Positions 51,184-64,000 of a DNA stretch of 64,000 nt are shown here, in pieces. Positions within the stretch are counted from its first letter, which is position 1, and each line of letters opens with the position of its first letter. This DNA is from Atractiella rhizophila (taxonomy: Eukaryota), in the NCBI GenBank assembly GCA_021432655.1, contig MU271373.1, positions 1-64,000 of the forward strand, in the 5' to 3' direction. The notes beneath the pieces were generated by a model. The model had not been told where the DNA came from, made no database searches, and saw only the letters and a program-made list of their open reading frames with translations. Position numbers and translations under genes: made by a program.

Positions 51184-54100
51184 ATGGAGCACATCTTCCA
51201 CGAAGACGAATCATTTTCCAGTCATCAGATTGTGAGCTTGGGGGAGAACTTGAGACGGGTCAGTGGCGAAGAGGTGCACAAGCGGAAGAGGAATAGGTAT
51301 ACTAAAGTTACCCCGTTAGAGTATTGTGGATTGAAACTGACGTGTATTCTCTCTGCGGTTAGACAGGTTCTTAGCTGGCAAGTCGCTTCCTGAGCTGTTT
51401 GGAGCCACTGAAACACCACTTACCCTATTTGTTCTGCAATAGTACTGTGCGTTTTATCATTATCAGAGTTCCCATCGAATTGAACAGATCAATAACAGGA
51501 ATGCAAGCGGTTCGTACTCATTTCATCGCTGTTCGACATTACGTCCTCACAATCTTCTTACTTTTCAGACGGAAAATAAAAGTGCGCTCATCGTTTACTT
51601 TGGTATATATGGATGGCTGATTTGTTTTCACTCCAGTGCGACAGTGAGTCACTCATCGGAACGCTGCTCATCGTGGTAAATAAAATCCTTCGTTTTAGGG
51701 AAATTGCCCTGTACATCGTGCATTAGTTCGTCACCTCTTTTTCTCCATTGGCTTCCTGTTGAGATGATTGCTCTTAGAGAGAGGAGAAAATGAAAAATGT
51801 CATTGGGAGGTTTGTTCCTCTGTTCGTTCTCCCTCGATCGTATCTAACGAGACCCTAGGAGACGAAGAAGGTATGATTGCACACTTCAGTTCGAGGTTTG
51901 ATTGCTACTCATGCGACTTCCACAGGAAGTAGCACCGCAGCCTGTAAGACTTTCTAGATCTGAAATTGAAGTGCCACTGATCCAACATGGGTAGTTCGCG
52001 CTGGTATCTGATGGTTCGCTTTCTGCCCAACAATGTAAGTACACATTGCTGAGCTCTCTTGCGCAGTTCAAGCGCTGCAAGCGCGCCTTATTCGTCTCGA
52101 ATCATTGTTTCATCAGCGGAATCAGATCGAAAACCCACCTTGTATCCCCCAAACATCGGGCTCCGCGAGTTCTAGCTCTCATTCCTCTTCCAACGAGCCT
52201 CAGTCACCGATACAGCCGGCTACTCTGAACATACCGGAACTCAAAGGCTTCCTCGAGTCGCCACAGATTGAGTCTCTTCTGCGTGCGGTGTCGATGACCA
52301 ATGTGACACAGAAGGCAAAACGAGAACAGTCTGATACAGCACAGGCGCTGGAGGACATGAGTAAGTCTGTTGATTGAATGACAAGTCTACCTTTCATCTT
52401 GGGGGGTTAGTTATTAGCCTCAGTGAAGCTGATGCATCACCAGCCTCACGGCCGGTGGCCCAAATATCAAATGGGTCTTTAGCAATTCTCAAGGACCCAG
52501 CTACAACGACGGCGATGGGAAGGAAAGGTCGTATGCAAAGCATTCTTGAACACATGGGCTCAGATAAAGAAGCCAAGCATCGGGCCTACATTTGGTCTGT
52601 GTTCCCCAAGGACAAGATGACGATGGACAAGATCGTGGGACTGTATTTCGATCGATTTGCGTGGTGTCACCATCTCATCCATGTTCCTTCTTGGAAGTCA
52701 TGGTACCGGGAGTATTGGATTTTGGTGGAAGGTGGATTCAGGGATGAAGTGCGTAGCTTGCCCTGTTTATGTCATCCCAGCCTTGACGTCCTGTGCAAGA
52801 TCGAACCGTGCTTTCTTGCAGTTTTAGCAGGTGTGCTCGCGCTTGGTATGGTCTGTTACGTGCCTGGAAAGGACGAAGCATTACCTGGAGTATTGGAGGA
52901 GGAAGATTATGCCTACCTCCCCATTGTGTTCAACACTGCAAGCATGATGGCCCTCGAAATCGCAAAATGGGAAGAAGCTCCTAGTTATTTTGCTTGTCTT
53001 GCTTTTGCGCTTTTCATTCCATTGTAAGCAAGGTCGTTCTACCATGTTGCCGTATTCCCTGACATGATCTTGTGCGCTTAGCGATAAGTCAATGGGAACA
53101 GGTATTTCTGCTGTAGGAGGTGGTACGCAGAAATATCGCATTGCTTCAGGTGTACGGCTCTGCCAACAGCTCGAATATAATCGACTTGCGCAAGACGTCG
53201 CTGCCATGCCACCGGATTCGAAGGGGCTACCTCCTGGGAGCAACACTCAGAAACGGGAGATGTGCCTTTGGTTGTTCCATAACTTCCAATGGGTAAGTGC
53301 GTAACTGAAGGAGTATTAGTTGGGGTTGATGTGGATGGTGTTTAGTATGAATCAATCTGCTCGCATCCTCGCATCCACAGCATGCGTCTTGAACTGGGAA
53401 TCGAACGTAAAATGATCCTCCCGCTCAACTGCAACGATAAAGAACTCTGTTCTACGACAACCATCCGTCGTTGCCACGACGACAGCGTCTATACAGAGCT
53501 CACCTTTGACCTTATGCGAATTCGTCTCGGCGTAATATCTGTGAAAATTTTCAGATACATCGCGTCAGGTTCGATGTCTTACAACCATGGTGCGCTTTTT
53601 CACCAACACTGAAGCCCAAAGGTTAAAAGAAATGACGAAATAATGCAGTGATGGAAATTGATGGCGATTATCGTGCCATTCTTCAAGCCAACCCAAAAGA
53701 GCTACATGAGGATTATGTTCCGCCGCCAGGGCATAAAGAGGATGCGATCTCCCAGGGACAAAGGTTGTTAAGTTCTGAACTGATTCACAATCGATTAGTG
53801 CGATTGTAAGTGATAACCTCTGTGGGCAGAATATCCTTAGGTGACTTCTCTGAGAGACATCGACCCTTTCTTATTCGAGGATACTCGGATACTCGCTTCA
53901 AATCATCAACAGTAGCCTGTCTGACCTCTGCTCGACGAGCCTTATCACTCCAGAGGCTTGCTTATTCTTTCCTGCAACATTGCGGATGGCTAATAGTGGG
54001 ATAGGAAAATGAGGGACTCGGGCAGCGCCTTCGTTTCTTGGGAGTTCTTCGTGGTTCACCTTTTGGCCTCAAGTCTTGTCATCATCAGTAAGTCATTGCC

Positions 54101-54725
54101 ATTATCTTTTGATTTTATCCTGGTATGTTTATGCTTTCATTGCCTTTGACCAGTCGACTTGTTCCGTGCTGTTGAAGCAACTCACCTCAATGGACCCTGC
54201 ACTCCTCTTCGACGATTGGAACTAGAACAACAACGCAGGGAAGTGCAGGATTGCGTCAACGATTTCAGAGAGTCGCTCAAGACTTGCAAACTCTTCACGC
54301 GGTGTCTCGCTAGATCGTGTCTAGCCATTTTAGAGGAACTTTTGGCTGCTGAGGAGGAATACCGGGCGCAGGCAAAAACGAATCCTGCTCTCCTTCCGTT
54401 CGAGGAAACACTAAGGGTCGTGATAAAGAAGCTGAGCAGCAAACTTAGAGGGAGGGCGATGGACGACGAAGAAGCAGATACGACTGAGCCTATGCAGATG
54501 GAGGAAGATGAAGATCCAGGGATGAAACTTCTTAGAGAGCTGGGGCTGCTGGAGCCAAATTGGTCATCTCAACAGGACTCTTCCTCTGTGACGCAGGATT
54601 TCACTACAAATCTTGGGCAATCAGGCATGGTCGACACCGAGACCCTATTATCTTCGGCACAAGGAACCGATTGGCTTCTGCAGTATTTTGGAAACCAAGT
54701 CAATTCAGAGATCCCTCAGTTCTGA
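51184..54725 (+). CDS. Zn(II)2Cys6 fungal transcription factor with middle-homology domain, copy A; many exons
   Basis: Micro-exon-spliced KRKRNRQVLSCTECKRRKIKCDRKLPCTSCIKRGENEKCHWE (C-x2-C-x6-C-x5-C-x2-C-x8-C). Later YFDRFAWCHHLIHVPSW, PLNCND and HRPFLIRG are typical of fungal-specific TF domains. Confidence 0.88.
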
Positions 54726-54856
54726 TGGCCTGGTTACCACCGTCAAGATTATGTACAATACAAGAACTCTTTCACCTGCAACCTTGCAATCTCCATTCTC
54801 GTGACGGAACACATGACACGGAATCGTGAAATAGATGCAATTCCATAGTCCAAACG

Positions 54857-57825
54857 CTACGTCGGGAACGTAGCACTCATGTTACCACTCTTGGGTTTAA
54901 CGTCCACTTTCAACGGACGGCCCATCTGTAGATCGTCCGGAAAGTCCATCTTACGCCTCGCCTTCATCTTCAAGTCGTCTGGGAAGTCCAACTTGTCTCT
55001 CGTCTTCTTGTCCCTGCGGGCATGGGCTACCTGCTCGTCAGGCATGATATCTAATAACGAGTTGATCGTCGAATAATCTACGCTTTCCATTGGAACATTC
55101 GAAGCGCGAGCCTTCTTTTTCTTCTTCCCCCCTTTCGCGCTTTCTGTAATAGGAGTGGAAGCGCCAGATTCTTCATCAGTCAGACGCTTCCGCTTCTTCT
55201 TCTTGTCGTTGGGCAAAGCAGAGACAATCAGAATATCGTCCTCCTCAGAGTCCTCCTTCTGTCCTGTTGTTGGTCTATTGGCGACCGCAACACCCTCAAT
55301 GGTTGTGCGTTGATCTCTGGGAACAAAAACATGATCAGGAACAATAGTTTCCACCTCGATCCTTTCCTCCATGCATACTGCATTTGATGAGGAGCGCTGC
55401 TGGAGCGTGTCGGCAATAGCTGGCGCTACAGGAGACTCATTCCGCATTTCAGTCTGGATCCTGAGGTGTACTGAGCGAACTGATTCGATCTTTTGACCGT
55501 CAGCAGGTGGAGAAAGCTGGGAAGGGAAAAGAGAGCTGTGAGGTTGATGGAGGTATCTGATAGGGTTTGGCGCAAATAATAACGAGGACGGCGCTTGGAC
55601 ATTCGACAAGTGCGGTGACGCAAGCGTTTTCTTCCCCCAGATTCCAGGAATAGGCCTGACTTTTGGAAGGTCTATCTCGACGGCTGTAGCAGCAATGTTG
55701 GAGCTGTCAGCACCATCCGTAGCTCCGACACTGCCCATGACGACGTCTTCCTGAACTGCTTCCTGGGTAGCAGAAGAAGCTGCTTTCGAGCGCAACTTCG
55801 CTTCCGCCCGGTCGGCCGCATGCTTGATGATCTTCACAACTCCAAGAGCATGCTTTGCTAAGATCAAAGATGCCGGATGACAAATCTGCAGAACGTCTGA
55901 AACTGTGGATGGCCGTACAGTAGCGAGAGTGATGATTTTTTGAGGTATGAGGATGTATCTTCACGCCTATGAGTAAAGCAGCAAAGTGTCACAGAGAGAA
56001 GAGGAGACAAACCGATGACTCTCATCCTCACTGCGTGCCATTCGATCTCTCCAATCGGCTAGATCCTGTCCAACTTCGTAGGCAACTCCTGAACCATCAT
56101 TTGCCCACTCCCCATCTGCACCAGTCATCCCAGTTTTCTTCAATATCATTCCCCAACAATGTGGGCCGGCTCCTTGCTCGTCTTTCTTGAACCTTCGATA
56201 CGAAGTCTCCCTGGAACGTGTGAGGATGTAGGACATGAGAGCAGGTTGCGTTGGCTCCACACCTTCTGGAGGTACATAGGAGGAGTCGGTGTGGAATAAC
56301 GAGTAGCGAAGACGGTCATAGATGTAGAGGAGGAAGTGTGTATCGGATCGAGCGTAATGGAGCATTTCTGACGGGAGAGGTCGAATACGCCAGTCTGCAA
56401 GTTGGTAGCGTTTGTCCGCATCGAAATTACAGAAAGTCTTCAATAGCACGGCTAAACTGTTCTTTGGATAACCTAAAGGTGTCAATGGGTACAAATTTCG
56501 ATATCGGGCAGCTGTGACTTACCCAAAGTCTTTGAAGCTTCGAAGGTGTCGAAGAGAGAAACGATGTAAATGCCAAAATCCCTTTGTAACCACGTAACAT
56601 CCATGAAAGCGCCATGTAAGACTTTGATCCAAGCCGGATCCTCAAAGAACTCCTTCAGCTTGTGGATCAACGGCCTCAGTTCTGGCTTAAGGAGATCGAC
56701 AACCCAATCCTTCTGCCTTGTACTCAGCTGCATGACACATAGGATTCCAGCGTAAGAGTGGTAATCGTGATGTTCGAGATCGACCGCAAGCTCCTTCTCC
56801 TTGCTCTCCCGAATCTCCTCTACCATTGCCTCGAAACTTTCCACTGTATCCACGTAAGCCATCGCGACAGTGTCAAAGCTCCCCTCCCATGTCCGGTCCA
56901 GATCCACGTGTGGCTGCTCGAAGAGGATAGGGTGGGAAGTTGGTGTGGGAATGTCCACAGAAGATGGTGGTGGATACAATGGAACGAACTCTGAAGGGGA
57001 GTTGTCAAATTGAAGATAAGAGGGAAAGAGCAGCTGGGGTTTCGGAGTGTTTGGAGGGTTGTAAAGGTGCTTGGGAAGCTTCCCTTGTGATGGTGTGGGA
57101 ATGAGCGAGGGGGTAAGGGGGACTGCTGAAGTCGATGCGGTGGGCTGCGTCTCACCCATGCGATGCCGATCTATGAGATTGTCCTATTCATACAAGCGTC
57201 AGAATCCGGCTAATTGCACATGGAAACCTCTAATCAAAATTGAAACATCTCTCTGAGGAAAGTGAGCATCAACTTTACATCCAAATCCTTCAAGCTTACA
57301 AAGCACTTCAACAGGTTACATTAAAAGTTCCATAAGAGAGATTCCTTCAACCAATCTAGACACTTAAAGTAATCAATGTAGCATGCCCCCAACGGATATA
57401 CGGGGTACATGGCGACATTCGCTTTGGTATTATCTGTCAGGCTGTCTCTCCGCAATCTGGATCGCTGACTGCTCACTTCAGTAGAACAATGATGGCTTGT
57501 AAAGTTTCATGCTCCAGAGGAGTGATAATGGAAGTGCAAACGACAAAGTAGAAGATGATAGCGAACATACCGCATTTTCCAAATATTTCTCCTCGACACC
57601 TTCCCACACCTTCTTCCACTCCGTTTCCTCCTCCCACTCTCCCGTTCCCCTAATTTTAGGCCCTCCAACCCGCTCTACAACCTTTTCCAGTCGTTCAGTC
57701 AGTCCATCCAATTTTGCTCCAAGCGTGCGATCCATGGAACGCGCAAACGAGATTTCGCCACGGTCAGGCAGAGAATGAGATGCCCGAGTAAGTGCAAGCA
57801 AGTGTGGAAGAAGTGGGGATGCCAT
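54857..57825 (-). CDS. RRP6: Nuclear exosome 3'-5' exonuclease Rrp6/EXOSC10; multi-exon
   Basis: PMC2NT-like N-terminus, ELAVDLEHHDYHSYAG, LHGAFMDVTWLQRDFG, ADKRYQLADWRIRPL, YARSDTHFLLYIYD, HRDC-like WRDRMARSEDES, and C-terminal KSGNMSATF. First intron is 57570-57184. Confidence 0.93.
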
Positions 57826-58245
57826 GTTAAGTCGAGGAGATGGCGTGAGGAGACACCTTCCCAGCAGGTTCATCGAAAATTTGCCTTGTTTGTTTGTTGA
57901 GAAGGTACATGCCAACGTACACGAACGACGCAAGACTCAGTTGGATGTAAGCTGCTATACATGTTATTTGGGACGTTATTAATGAAAGGTGTGCATTCTA
58001 TTCGCAGTGTGAATACTGCCAGCCTAATTTATCCCCAGAGTTCTTTGTCTCCCTGGATTTCAACTAGTAGCATTTTAGATCGTCTGTAGGGAGATCGTCT
58101 GAAATTACATCGTCCTACCTTGTCATCGTGGAATGTTATGGGATAAGGATTGCAAACTTGAATTAAGAGACTACTAGAAGTGTGCAACAGATAGTGGTAA
58201 CCAATCTGGCAATTGGGGTCAGAGCTGAGGAATGTGCGGACTAGG

Positions 58246-61200
58246 CTAGTTTCTAAAATACTGCAAAAGCCAATCAGTCCCTTGTGCCGAAGGTAAAAAA
58301 CTCTGAGCGTCCGTCATGTCCGGTTCTCCAAGGCTGCTGTTGAGGTCCTGCACACCAGAAGAAGAGTTCTGCTGATGCGACCAAAGGGGTTCTAAAAGCC
58401 CCAGCTCTCGCAGAAGTTTCATCCCCGGATCTTCATCTTCCTCCATCTGCATAGGCTCAGTCGCATCTGCTTCTTCATCGTCCACTCTGCCTCTACGTTT
58501 GCTGCCCAGCTTCTTTATTACAATTCCTAGAGTTTCCTCGAACGGAACGAGAGTAGGATTTGTTTTTGCCTGTGCTCGGTATGCTTCCTCCGCAGCTAAT
58601 AGCTCCTCTAAAATGACTAGGCATGATCTAGCAAGACAGCGAGTGAAGAGCTTGCAAGTCTTGAGTGACTCTCTAAAATCGTTGAAACAGTCTTGCACTT
58701 CCCTGCGTTGTTGTTCTAGGTCTAATCGTTGAAGAGGAGGAGTGCACGGTTCATTGCGGTGAGTTGCCTCAACAGCGTGAAACAAGTCGACTATGCAATT
58801 AAAACATTAACCACAAGCCACGACAAACCAAAAGATGAAAGAGAATGACGGACTAATGATGACTAGACTTGAGACCAAAAGATGAACCACAAAGAACTCC
58901 CACGAAACGAAAGCGCTGCCGGAGTCTCGCATTTTCCTATCCTGCTATCAGCCATCTGCAACGTTGCAGGAAATAATAAACGAGCCTCTGCAGTGATAAG
59001 GCTCGTCGAGCAGAGTTCAGACAGGCCACTGTTGACGATTTGAAACGTGTGTCTGAGTATCCTCGAATAAGAAATGGTCGGTGCCTATCAGCAAAATCAC
59101 CAAGGATGGCCAGACCATGAAATCTTCGCTCACAGTCGTACTAATCGATTGTGAACCAGTTCACAACTTAATAATCTATGTTCCCGAACCATTGGTTCTT
59201 CTGTGCACCCTTGAGGGAGAACATAATCTTCCTGCATCTCCCTCGGATGGGATTGAAGAATGACACGGTAGTCGCGATCAATCTCCATCACTGAATTATT
59301 TTAGTCAACATACTGTGTCACTGGAGACAAGGGGCGTACCTTGATTATAAGACATTGAACCTGATTCGATATATCTGAAAATTTTCGCCGATACTTCCCC
59401 CAGACGAATTCGGGTAAGATCAAAGCTAAGCTCTGTATAGACGTTATCGGCATAACAAGGACGGGTGGTCGTCGTGAAAGGAAGCTCGGCATCGTTGCAG
59501 TTGAGCGGGACGATAATTTTGCGTTCCAACCCCAGTTCATGGCGCATGTTGTTTATGGGACGATGCGAACAGACATCTTCATACTACCCCACAATCATCA
59601 TCAGCCAAGTAACAGACTCGAACAACTCTACTGACCCACTGGAAGTTATAGAACAGCCAAAGGCACATCTCCCGCTTCTGTGTGTTGCTTCCCGGCGGTA
59701 GCCCTTTCGAATCAGCTGGCATGGCAGAGACATCTTGTGCGAGCCGATGATATTCGAGTTGTTTGCAAAGCCGTATGCCAGCAGCAATGCGGTGTTTCTG
59801 GGTACCCTCTCTAATCACAGGAACACCTGTACGCATTGACCTGTCACTGTGTAGAAAAGACTGATATCAGCGATGTTTCGATGTGTTAGAACGAGATTGC
59901 TCACAAAGGAATGAGAAGGGCAAAAGCGAGACAAGCAAAATAACTAGGAGTTTCTTCCCATCTCGCGATTTCGAGAGCCATTGTGCTTGCTGCATGGTAT
60001 ACGATAGGGAGGGAGGCATAATCCTCCTCCTCCAATACTCCAGGTAACGCTTCATCCTTTCCAGGCAAGTAACAGACCATACCCAGCGCGAGAACACCTG
60101 CTAGGACAGCAAGGAAGCAAGGTTCGATCTTCCACAACGCCGTCAAGGATGGCAAATGAGAGGAACAGAGCCAAACACACACTTCATCCCTTAATCCACC
60201 TTCTACCAATACCCAATACTCATGGTACCATGACTGCCACGAAGGAACGTGGATGATATGGTGACATAAAAATCGTTCAAAATACAGTCCCACGATCTTA
60301 TCCATCGTCGTTCTGTCCTTGGGAAACACGGACCATATATTAGCCCGATTCTTCGCTTCTTTGTCTAGGTCCATCCGCTCAAGAATGTTTTGCATACGAC
60401 CTTTCCTTGCTCCGCCTATCGTTGTAGAGGGATCCCTCAGAATTGCGAACGACATATTGGACTCTTTCAGGGTCGGTTGTGAGGACAGTGATTCATCAGC
60501 TTCACTTAGGCTTATTGCTGTTTCGCCGAGATGAATTTTGTCACATCAGTAATCAACATGCGTACCCATGTCCTCCAGCGTTTGTATGGTATCAGATTGT
60601 TCTCCTTTCACCTTCTCTGCCCCTCCGGTCATCGATACCGCACGAAGAAGTGACTCCAGCTGCGGCGACTCGAGCAAACCTTTCGGCTCTGACACATTTC
60701 GAACAGACCCTTGCTTCGGCGACGAAAGCTCGTTGGAGGATATCGATTCTGACTGAATATGTGACGGGATTCGGCGCAAATTTTGTTGTTGAAGCAATGC
60801 TTCAAGACGAAGAAGGCGCGTTTGCAGAGCGTGAACTGCGCAAACGTCTTTCAGCTTGTCACATTGTACTTGTCAGATAGAGGCGAACGATCGGATACGA
60901 GAGCGAACTATGTCGTTTGGGTCAGTGGAATTCAGTTCCAGATGGAGAGAATCTCACAGGCTGAGGCGCCACTTCCTGCGGAGTTTGCATGAGCCACAAT
61001 CAAATCTCGAACTGCTGTGGGGTGCCATACCTTCTTCGTTTCCTAAGGACTTGATACATGAGCGCGCAGGGACAAAGGAGCGGAGTAACAAACCTCCCAA
61101 TGGCATTTTTCATTTTCTCCTCTCTCTAAAGATCTCATGAAAGGGAGGCAGTGAATCGAGAAGAAAAAGGACGGACTAATGCAAGCGGTACAGGGCAGTT

Positions 61201-61720
61201 TGCCTGGTAATGAGAACATTTTAGCACTATCGGCAGCGTCAAAATTTGCAGACTCACGGTCGCACTGGATCGAAAGAATGAGCTATGAATGCAAGAAAAT
61301 GTGATAGATGAGCTTACCTTTATTTTCCGTCTGAGAAGTAAGAAGGCATAAGCATATTCTACCAAAAAGCAGAGTGGAAATACGAACCGCTTGCATTCCT
61401 ATCATTCACAATCAGTCACCATGTTCAACCTCTATGACCATTCTAATAATAATAAACTCACAGTGCTATTGCTCAATAGCAAATTGTCAGCAATGCCGCA
61501 CTGCAAGCAGCACGGGAAACGACTTGCCAGCTAAGAACCTGTCTAAAGAGATACCAGAAAATTCGAGATTTCGGTCTGACAATACTATTACAAAGTAATT
61601 TACCTACCTATTCCTCTTCCGCTTTTGAGTTTCCTCGCTGGTTACATGTATCAAGTTCTCTTCTGAGCCCTGCACGAGATGATTGGAAAATGATTCATCG
61701 TCCTGAAAGATGTGCTCCAT
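58246..61720 (-). CDS. Zn(II)2Cys6 fungal transcription factor, copy B (inverted paralogue of copy A)
   Basis: Same exon sizes as copy A. Spliced CTECKRRKIKCDRKLPCTACIKRGENEKCHWE; collinear segments such as IEPCFLAVLAGVLALGMVCY and SLKTCKLFTRCLARSCL are identical to copy A. Confidence 0.88.
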
Positions 61721-62062
61721 ATGTATTCCACAGGAATGTCGTTGATCGTTCCTTGCTGTGAGTGGTGATATCGGTTCAAGTTGGTTTAAGCCGGGGTTCC
61801 AGCCGGTTTAAGTTCGTGCAGAGTCCATAGTTCAACACCCAAACTTCTTTCTTCTTTCGCAGTAAACCGTATCTTATTTCAAACCCGAAACTACGGTCCC
61901 TGTTGCAAAACTATGTCACCTTTTCGCTTCCCTAAGCAGTCTTCTTCTTCGTCGATAAAGGAATACTGTTGAGAACAGCTGATGACAACATAATATAGTT
62001 ATGTGCCACCTTTACAGAGCAGAACTTCCATACATGATCATATGGACAAGGTCAACAATCGT

Positions 62063-63672
62063 CTAACCATCGATCTTCGGTATCCTCTTCTCCAACCATT
62101 CTGCCATATCGTCCAATTCCTCCTGCGAAGCAGTATGGACCACACCTAAACAATCAAACAACAGGCAACAAGCAGCAGATGAGATCACATGCAGAGATTG
62201 CGAAGGAGAACCGAATGGAAAGCCAAACGTACCATCATACCCTCTAAAATCGATATTCTTCATCTTCAACCTCTCCCGCATCCTGTGTCCCACATAACAC
62301 GCATCACATTTCATCAGCACCCGCCAAGTCGAGCTGTTAAGGAATAGAACGGGGAGACAGACAAGGAAACGCTCATCTCTGCCCATTGGTATTTGATCAA
62401 TGGATCCGCCTTCCCATGTCCCCAAAACACCTGCAGGTTCCTCGCGTGATCCGTCGCCAACTAATTGAGATTTCATAAGTGACGCAGTACAACAACGCAA
62501 AGCATGAGCTCAACATATATTGGAGAGCAGAAGGGAGGACGGACGTTATGGACGGTTTTGAAGAGAGGCAACCTTCCAGAGAGACTGACCTGACCTGCGA
62601 GTTTGAGCTCGGAGGTGATAGCGGCTAGCGAAGTGATAGTTGCGCCTTGCGCCCGCCCACCAATCTCTCTCAGGATCCTCAAACGAATTTACAAAGGGGA
62701 GGAGAGGGATACCTTGACTGAACCCGCCAATGACGACTCTGTCGCTCGGGATACCAGCCTCAACTTCGAGCTTCACTAATTCGATGATGGTCCTCGCGCT
62801 CTTCAATGTCCCATCTTCGTCATCCCTATCCCGTATGTGGAACTGGCGTCAGGGAGAGAGGGAAGAGGCACTGATTTACTCGATTGGAATCGAGACTGAC
62901 TGGTAACTGTCGAGGGATGGACCCGTCGGTCCGAAGGAATAGATGTCAAACCTGTATCCAGTGTGATCAGGAATAATGTGGATGAGAATAAAGGAAATGA
63001 ATGGAGACGGACCAGGAGTTCATCGCCATTCCTCCGTTCACTGTTACCTTGGCGTGCGGCCTACCAATCCACAATTATAAATGCAGTCCGACTCCGAGAT
63101 AGATATATCACAGACGCGTTGGGTAGGATCCTTTGTCGCACGTTAGCATCCATGGAGGTAAGAAAGGAAGGACATGCCATTTAACGTGCGGGAACTTGTC
63201 CCCTAGATAATCTTTGAGGAATATCCACCCATCACTCGAATCTCCTAGTCCCTTTCATCACTTCTCGTCAGGCTGCTCTTATTTCTTCAACGTTTTTGAC
63301 AGAGCTAACGCACATGTGCAAAGATCACGGTTGCAGTGTGTTTCTCTTTCGACTCAAAAGTCAAAGTCCTCGTCGCTGTTGTCATCGTCAATATGACATC
63401 CAGGAAAGCTTAATAATTGAAGCACCTTTGTGAAAATGGTCCCCCGGCACCTCCAACAGAGGTTGTTTGGTGGGTGGTCTGCCTGGGAAGGAAAACATAG
63501 TTGTTGTTCTGGCGGATGGTGTGCTTGTGACTGATCTGCTAGCCCAAGCGGTGGCGATGCGGGAGGCCAGTTGGGTGGAAGGGAAGGTGCGTAGGCGGAC
63601 GAAGAAAGCCAATGCTGCTGTGAGAATGAGAGCAAAAAGAACAAAGGGAAAGCGTCGTCGTTGGGCCATCAT
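62063..63672 (-). CDS. Acyl-protein thioesterase 1 / lysophospholipase-like alpha/beta hydrolase; multi-exon
   Basis: HTATVIFAH|GLGDS, VTVNGGMAMNSW|FDI, GIPSDRVVIGGFSQG, LSGRLP, FWGHG and HTASQEELDDM. Hydrophobic N-terminal anchor; start uncertain. Confidence 0.85.
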
Positions 63673-64000
63673 CGGACAGTCCCTTCGGCCTTGCCGAATT
63701 CGGGCGAAAACTTTCACAACCATTGCCAACCACAACCAACTCCTTCATTATTTTGCCAGGGCTTCGTGAGCCAAAGCATACATAGACAACCATGCGTCCC
63801 ACACTGCCAGCACTCGGGAAGAAGGCCAGGAAGTTTCCCATGTCGCCAAAACATGGGAACAAGCATTTTTACAAGGGTTCGTATCTCCCACTCCTCCCCT
63901 TGCTGCCCATAATACCAGCCATAATATGATGTTTGTTGACTTTCTAACGATGGGATTTATTTGGTACAGGAACGGGTACATTTCCTGGTCTTCCTCCCAA

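Noticed and set aside
54920..54995. DFPDDL repeated twice in the Rrp6 C-terminal tail
   Set aside because: A small local duplication in a disordered tail with no evidence of function.

Overview
Eukaryotic, gene-dense and very intron-rich DNA, with mostly ~45-90 nt GT-AG introns and frequent GTTCGT/GTGAGT/GTGCGT donors. Gene content and architecture point to a basidiomycete fungus (inference; no taxon-diagnostic marker seen). I reconstructed about 20 spliced genes by eye: an N-terminal-half-only 5-oxoprolinase, secreted GH5 glycosidase, DUF6534-like membrane protein, UbiA-family terpene cyclase/prenyltransferase, GNAT-Mss4 fusion, Hrp1/Musashi-like 2xRRM protein, La-motif protein, NAD(P) transhydrogenase, bifunctional LKR/SDH, calmodulin, Cys-rich secreted protein, AcpS-type PPTase, MO25/Hym1, F-BAR-SH3 protein, class I glutamine amidotransferase-like protein, RRP6, two inverted paralogous Zn2Cys6 transcription factors and an acyl-protein thioesterase. 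Main observations: (1) the Zn2Cys6 domain of both paralogues is assembled from 15/4/11/13/7/27/32-nt micro-exons, including a GC-AG intron; (2) a ~706-bp near-identical tandem duplication lies inside the NNT gene; (3) the RRM gene has a long intron with a UAG cluster and a possible poison exon; (4) the GH5 linker contains an array of symmetric 36-nt exons; (5) the oxoprolinase lacks its C-terminal half; (6) NNT and LKR/SDH, which have complementary cofactor use, are convergent neighbours. No rRNA, tRNA, CRISPR or recognisable transposon was found. All gene models are manual and were not checked against RNA data or databases.
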